A stretch of 64,000 nt of DNA, from NCBI RefSeq assembly GCF_032062105.1, contig NW_026934326.1, forward strand, positions 186,001-250,000. Direction: 5' to 3'. Below, in pieces: positions 1-11,800 of this stretch (positions are counted from its first letter, which is position 1; the number at the start of each line of letters is the position of its first letter). A model generated the notes under the pieces. It saw nothing but the letters and a program-made list of their open reading frames with translations. It did no database searches and was not told the origin of the DNA. Made by a program: the position numbers and the translations under genes. The DNA is from Saccostrea cucullata (Eukaryota).

Positions 1-1064
1 TAGAACAGTAGCAGTTGGACTTGAAACTTTGCAACAGCTGTAAATAGAAATGATCCTTGATTCATTCTCTTTTTTATGGAAAGACGCAATTAGGCTAAAA
101 CTGCAGGAATAGCCCTTTAAAAGAATTTTACAGAAATTTCTACTTTAAGACACCATCATTCTTCAAATTCAAAAAATAATATAAAGTTTGAAAGTATTTT
201 TTAAATTCTATTTTTAGTGACCACAGCAACATCAAAATATAGAATTCTGTAGCTTAGTGGAGTGTACTTATTTGTCAAGCTACTTTAGATTATTAGACCA
301 AAACTGTAATAGGAGTAGGACTTTGAAAATATTGTTTACAGATAGACTGACGAATGGAAAGCAAACACCTTATTATCGCATAAGCTTTTCTGGTCTCTGA
401 CCAGTAGAGCTAAAAAAGAAGCCCTATATTATTAACTTTTTACAACTAGAATAGTCTGAATAGGTAAATTTAAGTTAAAGGTAAATGATAATGATTACAA
501 AATACACACATACAAAGACAAATGAAAATTCTAGCACTCTTGATTACACACAGGTGTAATGAGTAAATGAAAGGGCAATAACTCTGTGAAGTGGTACATT
601 TAAATGGAATGGAAGAACAATTTTTATGATATGACCTAGTTAAACTAGAAATAGATTCAGGCATGTGGAATGTAGGAAGAGGAATGGAATGTCAAAGTTC
701 ATTGGTGTCACAACCTTTATGTACAATTGGCTCCATCAAGGTTTTGAATGAGAAACCATGGTTTTATTGGCCTGATCTTCACGATGCCAAAGTTTTTGAT
801 ATTGATATTGTTCACTAGTGAAGAGGAACAATAACACACAACCTTGACTTTGACAAGATGTCTGTTGGCATGAAAGTTAAACCATTTATGTGTTATTAGA
901 AAAAATACATTGATTTATCTCATTGGGGCTTTCTGAACTGTGTTGGATCCAGTTGATTTCATGGCTCTGTTTGGATACAGAAAAAGAAACATCTCTTTAA
1001 ATACATGTAGCTTTTGTAAATTACAGGAAAACCTGACTAGTCATCTATATCATGTCAACATATG

Positions 1065-4000
1065 TTATAAGTAGTCACCATGTTTAACATGGAGTTCATC
1101 AAAAACTGCCACACGGTTGCTATCCTCTAACTTCACAATAAACGGGTTCATTTCATTTCCGATTGTCCGTGGGACGTCCAGCTTGAGCTCTGCCTTCACG
1201 GCATTCATTGGCATCACGCTCTCCAGTGTATGGCAGTCATGTAGAATCATCACCTGGAAGACGATGGCGGTCCCCGTGTCCACCACAGAGAACCGGAAAC
1301 AATTCGATGTCCCCGGGGTAAATCTCATACTCTTCTGGAATTCTGTATTTATGTGACTAGACTGAATCTTCATCTGACCGTCCAATCCAAGAAAACACTG
1401 TATACCATTTATGTTTTCAAAGTCTGTGTACGCAGTGGAACGAATAAAAATACTCAGTCCTGTCTCGTTAGGAACAACATCTCGATTTTTCCTGTTTAAG
1501 AACTGGACACGACCATTGAGGGAGGTCAGTTTAGATGCTCTATACTTTGTCTTGGTGATTACATACACAGCACGGCTCTGTAAAACCAAGGCTTCCTCAC
1601 TGGGTAACACAGAGTGATGTTCCATGTATAGACCCATCTTCAACCAAGCCTCGGGACGGAAAAGAACAGTGTCTCTTTGTTTGGCATAAGGGCTGAGTTT
1701 AGGACTAGACTTGTTTCTGTTCTTCTTGAGGTAAGCCTTTAGATTTTTATCATGAATATCCCAATAAGATTTCTCTGGAGCAAACCTGTAAGCAATGTGC
1801 ATCAGATCCTCGGCTGCAGTTCTCTCCCCTTCTTCCTGCCATATAAACACACTAGCCTTGGTGTTATCTGTTAGCCATTTTATCTGAGGGACCGAGTTTC
1901 GAATCAGTGAGGACCTGACGGAGATGACGATAGGCTGTTCCAGTTCTGCATCCATGATAGCGTGATACATGTCCAGAACACTGTCCCATGAGTATCCACT
2001 TAAACTGAGATCAGTATGGGTTCCAGTTGTCCACCCCAGGGACATGGTGCATTCTGGGAACAATCGCTTCACATGTTTGAAATATCTAATCATGTCAACT
2101 CTTGGTTTGGAGCCATGAGGTCCTTGCAGTATGTCGGCATGTAGCCAAACTGGCCTCAAAAGCTGCAAACAAATAAACAACAGTCAGGCTTATGTGTAAA
2201 AAGAATTTTTCAAATAGATTTAAGTCATTCATTTTCTTTTTCATTCAATAAATTTCCACTTATTCTCTCAGTGACACAAGTATTTATAAATTACCCCTCT
2301 CTTAAAATCCTTTAACTTCTGCAGAGTTATCTCCACTGCATCATTGGACTGGAATGAGATTTTGATTCCTTTGTGATAAGCTTGAATAATCTCCTGTAGC
2401 CAAAGATCAAGAGTCAGATCATTTTTACTGTCCGCTAGGCGGCCCATCAATGGAGTGAGGGACTGGTGGTCAGTGTCCTGTCCCTTCAGCAAAACGTCCC
2501 CCTGAATCATGTCTATGTCACCTGGTGGGGCTGTAAGACAAAAATACAGACAGTGTCAAAAAGCTGTAACATAAAGAAGGGTGATTTTCTCTTAACATCA
2601 ATTGTACGGAATAGAAGAGGGCTGCTACATATGGAAGTCATTACATCTTTGAGATATACTTGTTTTGGTACAACTTAAAGGTGACTAAAAATAATCTACC
2701 TGCAATGGCATCCTGCAATGCCTGTTTACTATTCACATGTCTGGCCCATTCAATATTGTTTCCGTCTTCATTTGCATGTGGAAAGTAGACCAAAGGGCTA
2801 ACATCTGATCCAACATGCAACACTGGAATCTTTCTCAGAAACCAGGGAGTAAAGCCTTGAAAAATAAAATCAATCAATATCTGCTCCTACATTTGTCCCA
2901 ACTGAGTTATCTTGTACAGTATGACTTTTTTTCCATTGACATAAGAATATTAAGAAATACACACATATGCATGAATATATCAGGTCCAATCCAAAGACTG
3001 TTTCTACCTCGAAGCTATTAATAGCTATGTAGGTATTTAAACCTACCCAAAGTAGCTATTTTTACCTACTTTCTGTTTTACTTGCATTTGTTGGCCAAAC
3101 GCAGGAATGGCGCAACATGGTGAGCAATAAATTTCTTGATACAGTCACACTGATGATGGATATGACAAAAATTTGGCCAAAAAATGATTACCTCGTATAT
3201 TACCAATTTGCATAGAAACTAATGTAAAATTTCCGATTCAGGAAGTAATCATTTTTTGGTCAAAATTTTGTTGTATTCATCATTAGTGTGACTATCAAAA
3301 TATGGTATTCACCATGTTGCGCCGCTCAGTCATTTGGCCACAAAATGTAGATAAAACAAAAAGTAGTTAATAATAGCTACTTTGGGTAGGTTTAAGTACC
3401 GGTACGGCGGTACCTATGTAGCATAGCTACGTAGGTAGAAATAGTCTTTGGACTGGACCTGTTTATAGTCAAAATATTGTGACTTTTTGTATATTTCTTA
3501 CAAATATATTTTTTTTGTGAAAACTGCATACAGGTAGCTAAATAAAGAAATATAGCTGCTTAAATCAAGAGACTGTGGTAGTGCTGTAGCTGTATCTATG
3601 GTATCTATAGGTGTCATAACAATATTTCACTTGGGTTCACGACAAATCATGTCTGACGCAAAATAATCCCGGAATCTCCTCTTCCGATTCGGGCATTTTG
3701 ATACAACACTGGAGCTGAATTTTTTTATGAGATGAAAAACAACATGTAAACTTCCTGTATTGACCAGATTTATTGAAATTTAGAACGTGTTGATTTTTCT
3801 ATATACTGTCATTAGAGTGGGGAGTGATCAGGCCATGGACTAGATTTTCAAACATCTGCTTGACTTCGAAATCCAGTCAAAGCGCCCCCTAATAAAACCG
3901 TCCCGGTCAAAGCGTCCCATGATTTTGGTCAAAATGTCCCCTGATTTTGGTCAAAGCGCCCCTTATAGAATTTAACAGTAAAATGATGTCACAAAACCGC

Positions 4001-5330
4001 CCCCAAATATTGGTCAAAGCGTCCCCTGATTTTGGTCAAAATGTCCCCTGAATTTGGTCAAAGCGCCCCTTGTAGAATTTTACAGTAAAATGGTGTTACA
4101 AAACCGCCGCCAAAATATTGGTCAAAGCGTCCCCTGATTTTAGTCAAAGCGCCCCTTGATTTGGTCAAAGCGCCCCCTTACATTTTTTTCTTAGAAAAAA
4201 AATTGTCTAGGAACCGTCCCCAAGCAATGGTCAAAGCGTCCCCTGATTTTGGTCAAGACGCCCCCTAATATATTTTTACAAACATGGTACGGAATAAAAC
4301 TGTTTTGTATTTATAATATTATCATTGTTTGGCAGTTATGAAAAATTTCTATAAGGGGGTGCTTTCATGAAAAACAACTTATACTTGTAAACGTTTTTTT
4401 TTTCCTGTAAAAATATATAGGGGGCGCTTTGACCAAAACCAGGGGACACTTTGACTAAAATCAGGGGACGCTTTGACCAATATTTGGGGGCGGTATTTAT
4501 TCTATGAAAATATGTTAGGGGCGCTTTGACCAAAATCAGGGGGCGCTTTGACTAAAATCAGGGGACGCTTTGACCAATATTTGGGGGCGGTATTTTTTCT
4601 ATAAAAATATATTAGGGGGCACTTTGACCAAAATCAGGGGGAGCTTTGACCAATATTTGGGGGCGGTATTTTTTCTCTAAAAATATGTTAGGGGCGCTTT
4701 GACCAAAATCAGGGGGCGCTTTGACTAAAATGGACCAATATTTGGGGGCGGTATTTTTTCTATAAAAATATTTTGACCAAAAAGGGGGCGCTTTGACATC
4801 TAAAATTATGACGTTTTTATTTGGGGGCGCTTTGACTGGTAACCCTTGACTTCAACTGAAACAAACTTGCGTGCCTTGCTGGATGGCTATGTATTTTTTG
4901 GTGCTAAAATCTTCATAAACTAAAAGAATGGTTTTACAAGATCTGAAAAGGAAACTTCTCAGAAGTTTGTTTCGAATTAATTTACACCTACTCAAAATTG
5001 CGCATTTTTGGTAAGAATATATATTATATAGCAGAATTTAATACTGTTGTGCAACCTATATACTGTAGCCTATGGTGAGAAAATGCCGCAGCAGCGGCCC
5101 TTCACTTCACAGGAAGAAGAAGATGGTAGTATGCAGAGCGCGAGGATGCTACACTTCTCGCAAAGGTGATCGATTACATCTACTCTGAAATACTTACCTT
5201 CATTGAAACTGTACCAGAAATAGATTACTATTGCAGTCACCCCAACTTGACAAAGTAAAAATTTTCGGTGAGGAGCGGGTGCTTTTAGCATTCGCTTTAT
5301 CCGTTCCAAATCTCGGTCGTAGGCTGCCAT
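1065..5330 (-). CDS. FAM151: FAM151/menorin-family protein (N-terminal membrane anchor, DUF2181/PLC-like domain), 4 exons
   Basis: Exons 5330-5198, 2855-2700, 2530-2295, 2162-1065 with GT-AG borders and compatible phases. Family motifs PVWLHADILQGPHG, MSLGWTT and LDLWL..GIKISF; hydrophobic VGVTAIVIYFWY in exon 1. Confidence 0.85.
2980..3461. mobile_element. Foldback / long inverted-repeat element in FAM151 intron
   Basis: caggtccaatccaaagac..aaacctacccaaagtagcta at left is mirrored by tagctactttgggtaggttt..gtctttggactggacctg at right; imperfect symmetry continues inward. Confidence 0.65.
3868..4844. mobile_element. Non-autonomous Mutator(MULE)-like element with subterminal tandem repeats
   Basis: Termini GAAATCCAGTCAAAGCGCCCCC / GGGGGCGCTTTGACTGGTAACC; arrays of GGTCAAAGCG(C/T)CCCC in opposite orientation in each half; perfect 9-bp TSD CTTGACTTC (3859-3867, 4845-4853). 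Confidence 0.85.
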
Positions 5331-5899
5331 AGTTGCTTAAAATCTGAGTGTGCAAAGCGTTCTTTAATCCTTCCCAACAGTACAGGTTTTCGAAGCGCTT
5401 TATCTACCAGGATCTCCGAACCCGACGTAATTAAAGAACCATTTCCCACAAAAAATTACGTCCTAACCTGTCACAGCTTTTTAAAGAATTTTACAGGTGT
5501 TTGACTAGCATTCTGGTTTGTATAATTGTAAAAGAGTATTTTTTGGTCACAGATTTAACAGAATTTAGTTCATCAGTTTGTCTTAAGAAAAATATATAGT
5601 TGTCAATATTGATGAATTTGTTGATATAAGAATACTTTATTTATTTCACTGTACAGTGTGCATGGTACAGGTAAATAATATTAGAATTACAAATTGATGA
5701 AAAACATTAATTATTTGTCTTTCAATTTACATGGTATGATAATTATGAAAGGTATGTGTTGTTGGACTGCCCACAATTGATAGCTAGAATATCTATAAAA
5801 TGATGTAGAAGTATATGTAGTTGACAGTTGAATAAAATGAAAATTATTTCTACATTGTAGTTGTAATCAGATGATTTGAGTTTGTTGGCCAGTAATGAG

Positions 5900-8800
5900 A
5901 TGACTTCTGAACTCTCAGCCTCCTGTGTTGAGCAGGTAATTATTTATCGGCCAGATTACAAAGAAAATTCTATTGTTGCGGTCAGAACCTACAGACAGGT
6001 CTGTACAAAGGCATCGTCGAAACCCATGAGTGATCTTGTCTTGGATAAGATGAGATCACCCATGGGTTTCCGATGATGGTACAAAGGGGGCCAAGCAGCA
6101 AACCTCAGCTGACTCGTACCTCATTGTTTACTGAATTTGAAGATAGCAGAATCATCTGAAGTTTTCAGAATGCAAAGTTGGCCAGATAGATCACTTAATA
6201 GAGTACCTGTCAAGTGTTTAGGGGAGACGAGCTTTTATCCTGGTCTGAGCTATCAAATTTTCTTCCTTTCTCTTACATTTGGTGTTATGGCCACCCTTTA
6301 TGGAACCCAAATTTGAAGCATAGTCTGTTCTGTCAAATTTTCTCCTTTCTATTGCATAACAATATTACTGATTCATCCATTTATCTGTTTCTCCATCTAT
6401 TCACATTTTGTGGATTATTTTTGGTTTTAAAATTTATGAATTGACTGATGATGTAATCTTAAGGAAAACTGTTGTCAGTTTTTATTTTTACTTTAGTTCA
6501 TTTAAGATGTTTACTGTTTGTCACAGCATTAAGATAACATAACTGCAGGCATTTCTCCAACAGAACATAATAACTAACTCCACTCTGATTCTCCCCTGTA
6601 GGCTGTGCATCAGTTTTATCAGAATGCAGGCAGCCAGCAGCAGCAACAGATCCAGCAATGGCTGACCTTGACACAGATCTCCCCGGAGGCCTGGAGCTTC
6701 TGCTGGGAGCTACTCTCCCCCGAAAAGGTACCACCATTACATATTCCCAGAAAATGTTAGGTTAGATATGGTTAAGTTTTTATTAAAATAACTCTTCCAA
6801 ATGTCAGGCCAGTTGTTGTGGATGTGCATGAATCTAGTATTAAATTATCATGACACAGATGTGGTATCCATTGTAATTTACATGTTTTTAGGCTTTAAAA
6901 TAAATTAAGCTTTCAACTTTTTTCCTTCTTTTCATGTCCAACTTATCCTGACAAAATTTTTGCTAAATACATGTACATGAATCACCTTTTTCAGACTGTG
7001 GAAGTAAAATTCTATGGAGCAAATACTCTTTATGCAAAGATCTCCAGATACTGGTAAAATATGACTTTATCAATTGTTCTTGGAATAGTGGAAATCTGCT
7101 TTACCCCTGCTTTAGAAGTTTATTTGTCTGTGATGTTTTGTCTTATACTGTAGGTCGGAGGTGCCTCCAGAACAATATGACAATCTCCGTAGTCGACTTC
7201 TACAGAAAATCATGGAGCTGTGCAGTGGAGATAAAATCGTCACCACACGCCTTTGTATATCTGTAAGTTTATAATCCTTACATAATCTATTGTCAGCTCT
7301 TGTTTGTTAATTTATGCATACTTTCTCTCTAGATAAAGAGTAAACTGTGGATTGTACACAACCATTCATAAAACTGCATGCTGTTTGGTTAAAAGAATTT
7401 TTTTGTGAGAATTAAACCTCATCTTTGTACAGGATTTCATTTTTGATATGCAAGACACATTATGTATTGTATCAGTGTAAAGAAAGTAGGTACATGTACC
7501 AGTGTTTCGGAAAGAGAAACTCAGTACTAATGCTGGTACATCTACATTGTAATTTATGGCAATTAAATGTGAAAATTGACATAAGAACTGGAAATAAAAG
7601 TAGATATTAGGAAATACTTACATAATGTCCTGTGCTGAAAAATTGACATAAAAATTTAAATAAAGTAGACATTAGGAGCTACCTACATGATGTTGCTTTA
7701 TGACAGTTGGCGTGCCTAATCCTTCATATGACCCCGGACGACTGGCCTGACCCCGTCCCTCAACTTATCTCCACCTTCCAGTCCCTCCAGAACGTCACCG
7801 TGAGTAAAACTAGATTATCTAAGCTGACTTCATGTGTGGGGGTGTTTAAAAGATGATCATTGCAGTATTTTAATGTTAATTTTGTTCATATTTGATAGGA
7901 AGTTCAGAGATGCCAAGTGTTGTTAGAGATTCTACGAGTTCTTCCAGAAGAAGTGAGTTTTTGTAATTCCTATATTCTGTATACAGGAAAATTTTCATTC
8001 CTGTTTTATTTTTGCCTCTTTCACCCTGTTCACAGGTGGATGAATTTTAAACAGGAGAATTCAAAGAACAAAGTACAATTTCTTAAACATAACTGTGACT
8101 GGGCAAATTTAAAACGGGGCAAAATTGCTTACAAGTGTGAAAGGATGAAAATATCATGGAGCGAAAATAACCCTGTATACAGTATTCCTTATTTATGATA
8201 CACCAACATACATATCTGTGAACATTAATGAATAAATCTGGATTTAATGTTTTACTTATGTTCAGTTTTTCAGTGCCAATTTAAGCCAAAGCAGGAGATT
8301 GGTTCTTAAAAATGAGCTTCACAAAAGTCTTTCACATGGTTTGTAAAAGTTAGATTATCTTGCTGATATGTTGTAAATGTTTGAGATCTCTCCATGAATT
8401 GCACTTTTAATTTTACTCATCTAAGCATCTTTTATGCATGCATTAACCATTTGTTCTATCATGCTTGTCCAATTAAAATTTTCAAGTTTGCTTAAACAAT
8501 TTTGTCAATGAATAAAAACTTTAGAATTTTAAATCAGGTACACAATCTTTTACTAAAGAAAATTTGAGTGCAAACTGCAAAGCTTAAAGTCTCTTTATAT
8601 AAATACATGTATATGACTTCAGTATACTTTGTAGTTCAAGAAATTCATTTTATGGATCCATCAAGTGTGTAGTAAAATTTTGCTTTAATGAATGTTGTTT
8701 TACTGTTTTTATAATTATCCTCTCTTGTAATACTGATTTGGACATTCTCTGACTTCTCCATTGTTTTTATTATTCAGTAATCCCCCTCCTACAAAGCCTG

Positions 8801-11800
8801 TTATTGCCCGGTGCCTCTGACTTCTCTGTTGTCTGTATTATTATGTAATCCCCCTCCTACAAAGCCTTATGTAGCCCAGTGCCTCTGACTTCTCCGTTGT
8901 CTATATTATTCAGTAATCCCCCTCCTACAAAGCCTGTTGTTGGCCGGTGCTTCTTACTTCTCGGTTGTTTATATTATTCAGTAATCCCCCTCCTACAAAG
9001 CCTGTTATTGCCCGGTGCCTCTGACTTTTCCGTTGTTTTTATTATTCAGTAATCCCCCTCCTACAAAGCCTGTTGTTGCCCGGTGCCCCGGTGGAGATAC
9101 AGAAGTCGGCCCTGCAGTGTTTCTCCAGCTGGCTAGACCTTGGTTCCTTGTTCAGCGAGGCCGAGAGCATCATTCTACAGACATTCCAGTGTCTCCATAA
9201 CCCCGATCTGTTTGACACAGCGGTAGAGACTCTCGTAAATGTCTTCACTCACCCCAGCTGTGAAAGGTATCTACCACAAGTTTAAGGCATATGAATGCCA
9301 TTCTGTATTTTCCAATTTACTACTTTTCTCTTATAAAAAGGGAGGCATAACTTGACAATTGAATATTATTGTAGGTTTCAAAACACGATGAAGAAGTACC
9401 TGTCGTGTGTTTTGGGACTACAGGACACATTCATGAAGGCTCGAGACTCTCTGGATATGGTATGGTTTTTCAATATTATACTGCATTGTTAATAGATAAT
9501 ACAAATGTATGAGTGTAGTCTTAATTTTAAGCTGTAAATAAAAAATCCGATATAGAAGGGTACTTTTTACAAAGAATTTGACTGTTTGATTTTTAACAGT
9601 ACTCTGACATCTGAAATGTATAATGTAGCCATATTAATGTGTTTTGTTATATTGTACAAAGTATGAAGTGTAACTTGAATTTTTTTGTAAATTTGTAGGA
9701 TGTTTGTCAGAGAGTGGGCCAGATCATTATTTCCTATGCTGAAAACAACATCTCTCTTTTACTGGACTGGGCAATTAGTCCCGAAACAAGGGAGACAACC
9801 ACCAACTTCATCAATCTAGTCCTGGTAATACCTATACACTCAAATGAATCCTTCAAATGCAAATCAATGTTTAGTTATTGGTTTGTCAAATGCTTAGAGT
9901 TTATAAAAGACGTCAGTAGTTCAGTTATGATAGCATTACATAGAATTACAGAGTAATTGATGTTCTTTATACAGACTTGCACTGCAATTCCTGGCCATTT
10001 CCCAGTGGATGAGAATTTTAGCAACATGTTTTTCACATTTTGGTATCTCTTACAAGTAAGTTCTATAAACATGTCCAGGTTTTTACATTTTATAATAACA
10101 CACCTATTTAAGTCACAAACATAATACACCTGCATATCCAAAATATATAATTATTTGTACCAAATGTAAACTTAGTGCTTTCCACCAATGTTTTAGACTC
10201 CTCATTAAGTATTCCCTTTAACAGCCCGCCAGCCATCTGGTTGTTAACTGAATGCCTTCCACCTTTGCCTAGTTGTAGACTCCTTAATATTAAGTCCCCT
10301 ATTACAGTCTGCCTTCTGGTTGTTAAGTTGTTAACTGGCTGACTTCTGTTTGTAGGACGGTATACAGGAGTCCCCCCCTGAGCGATATAAAGTCCTTCAC
10401 CAGATGTTTTGTCCTGTGTTTCTGTCCCTCATACAGACTCTCCTGGTAAAAGTCCAGTACCCCGAGGAAGACGAGTACAACTCATGGACAAAAGGTGACA
10501 CCCATGTTAAGTGTGGAGGCAATGTTTTACCTATAACTTACCAATATTTAACATCATGTAATTCAGAATTTTTTTTATTGATGGACCATTTTAGCAAGAG
10601 TAATTATTTTTTAGATGAAAAAGAACAGTTCAGGTGCTACAGGCAGGATATTGGGGATACAATGGTAGGAAACTTTAGATGCGTTTCTATAAAGTTTTAT
10701 TTACTCAGTATGTTTGTAGTCAGAGCGGTACATGTATCTATGTACTTAAAGTGCTCTGCGTTTTAGATGTATGTCTATATACCGGTATATATTTATTTAT
10801 TGGGTGTGTGTTCTATGTTTGTAGATGTATTCCTACAGTATCCTGAGAGAACCATTACTCGGCTTCATGTGTAACACACTTAACAGTGCTGCTGAAAACC
10901 CCAAGGAGGCACAATGGCAGGTTAGCTAAATCACTCCAATGTCAAGTCGTTATTACCGGTATAAAATCTCAAGTTGTCATTAAAATTTGGTTAAGTAGAT
11001 GAGCATTGTAACCTATGGGCCTTTTGTAATAATTCAATTTAGAACCTGCATTTTAGCATTGAATTATTTGAAAAAATTGATTAATTCTTAATTTTACATT
11101 AAATGTGATTTAAAATTAGAGTTCGAGTTAAATTTCTTTTAATATGTAGTTGATAGAGGCCATATTTTTCCTGTTCTCCTCGGTGGCAGAAAATGTGGAT
11201 CTGGAGGAGGAAGTTCATATCCCGAGCATGCTCAGTGTGCTCCCCAAACTTCCCTTCAACAACATCAAGTACATCTCAGGAGCATTAAAAATGATAGGTA
11301 TGCACACATTAGTTTATAAGATTCCATATCTCTGGAAGGCAGAGAGAGCTTAGTGATTGGGTGTCAACCCTTCCATTCCTCCGTTATGCTTTATGGTATG
11401 CATCTCTTATCCAGAAGTTGTCCTATACCACTGAATAAAATGTTATATTCACACACACAAAAAAGATGTTCACACACACAAATTTTTAAAAAGAATTGTT
11501 ACCCACTAACTGTACAGCGTGTTCTGTTACAGGTTCCTTCAGTGAGTGGATTAACTGCCACCCCGAGTCCCTGAACTCTGTGATCCCCCTCATCCTCCAG
11601 GGTCTACAGGGGCTTCAGAACGGGGAGATAGCCGAGTCAGCCACGATGTCATTAAAAGACGTCACCGCAGAGAATCTCGACCACATACAACCGTATGCTC
11701 CACAAATCCTAGGGTCATGTCAGGTAATTATCATCAATACACTCTGCAAATCCTAGGAATATGTCAGGTAATTAGGTCAACATATGCTCCACAAATCCTG

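Noticed and set aside
3868-4844. CRISPR-like array of short repeats with spacers
   Set aside because: Eukaryotic context; spacers are related to each other; the repeats are subterminal motifs of a TSD-flanked transposon.
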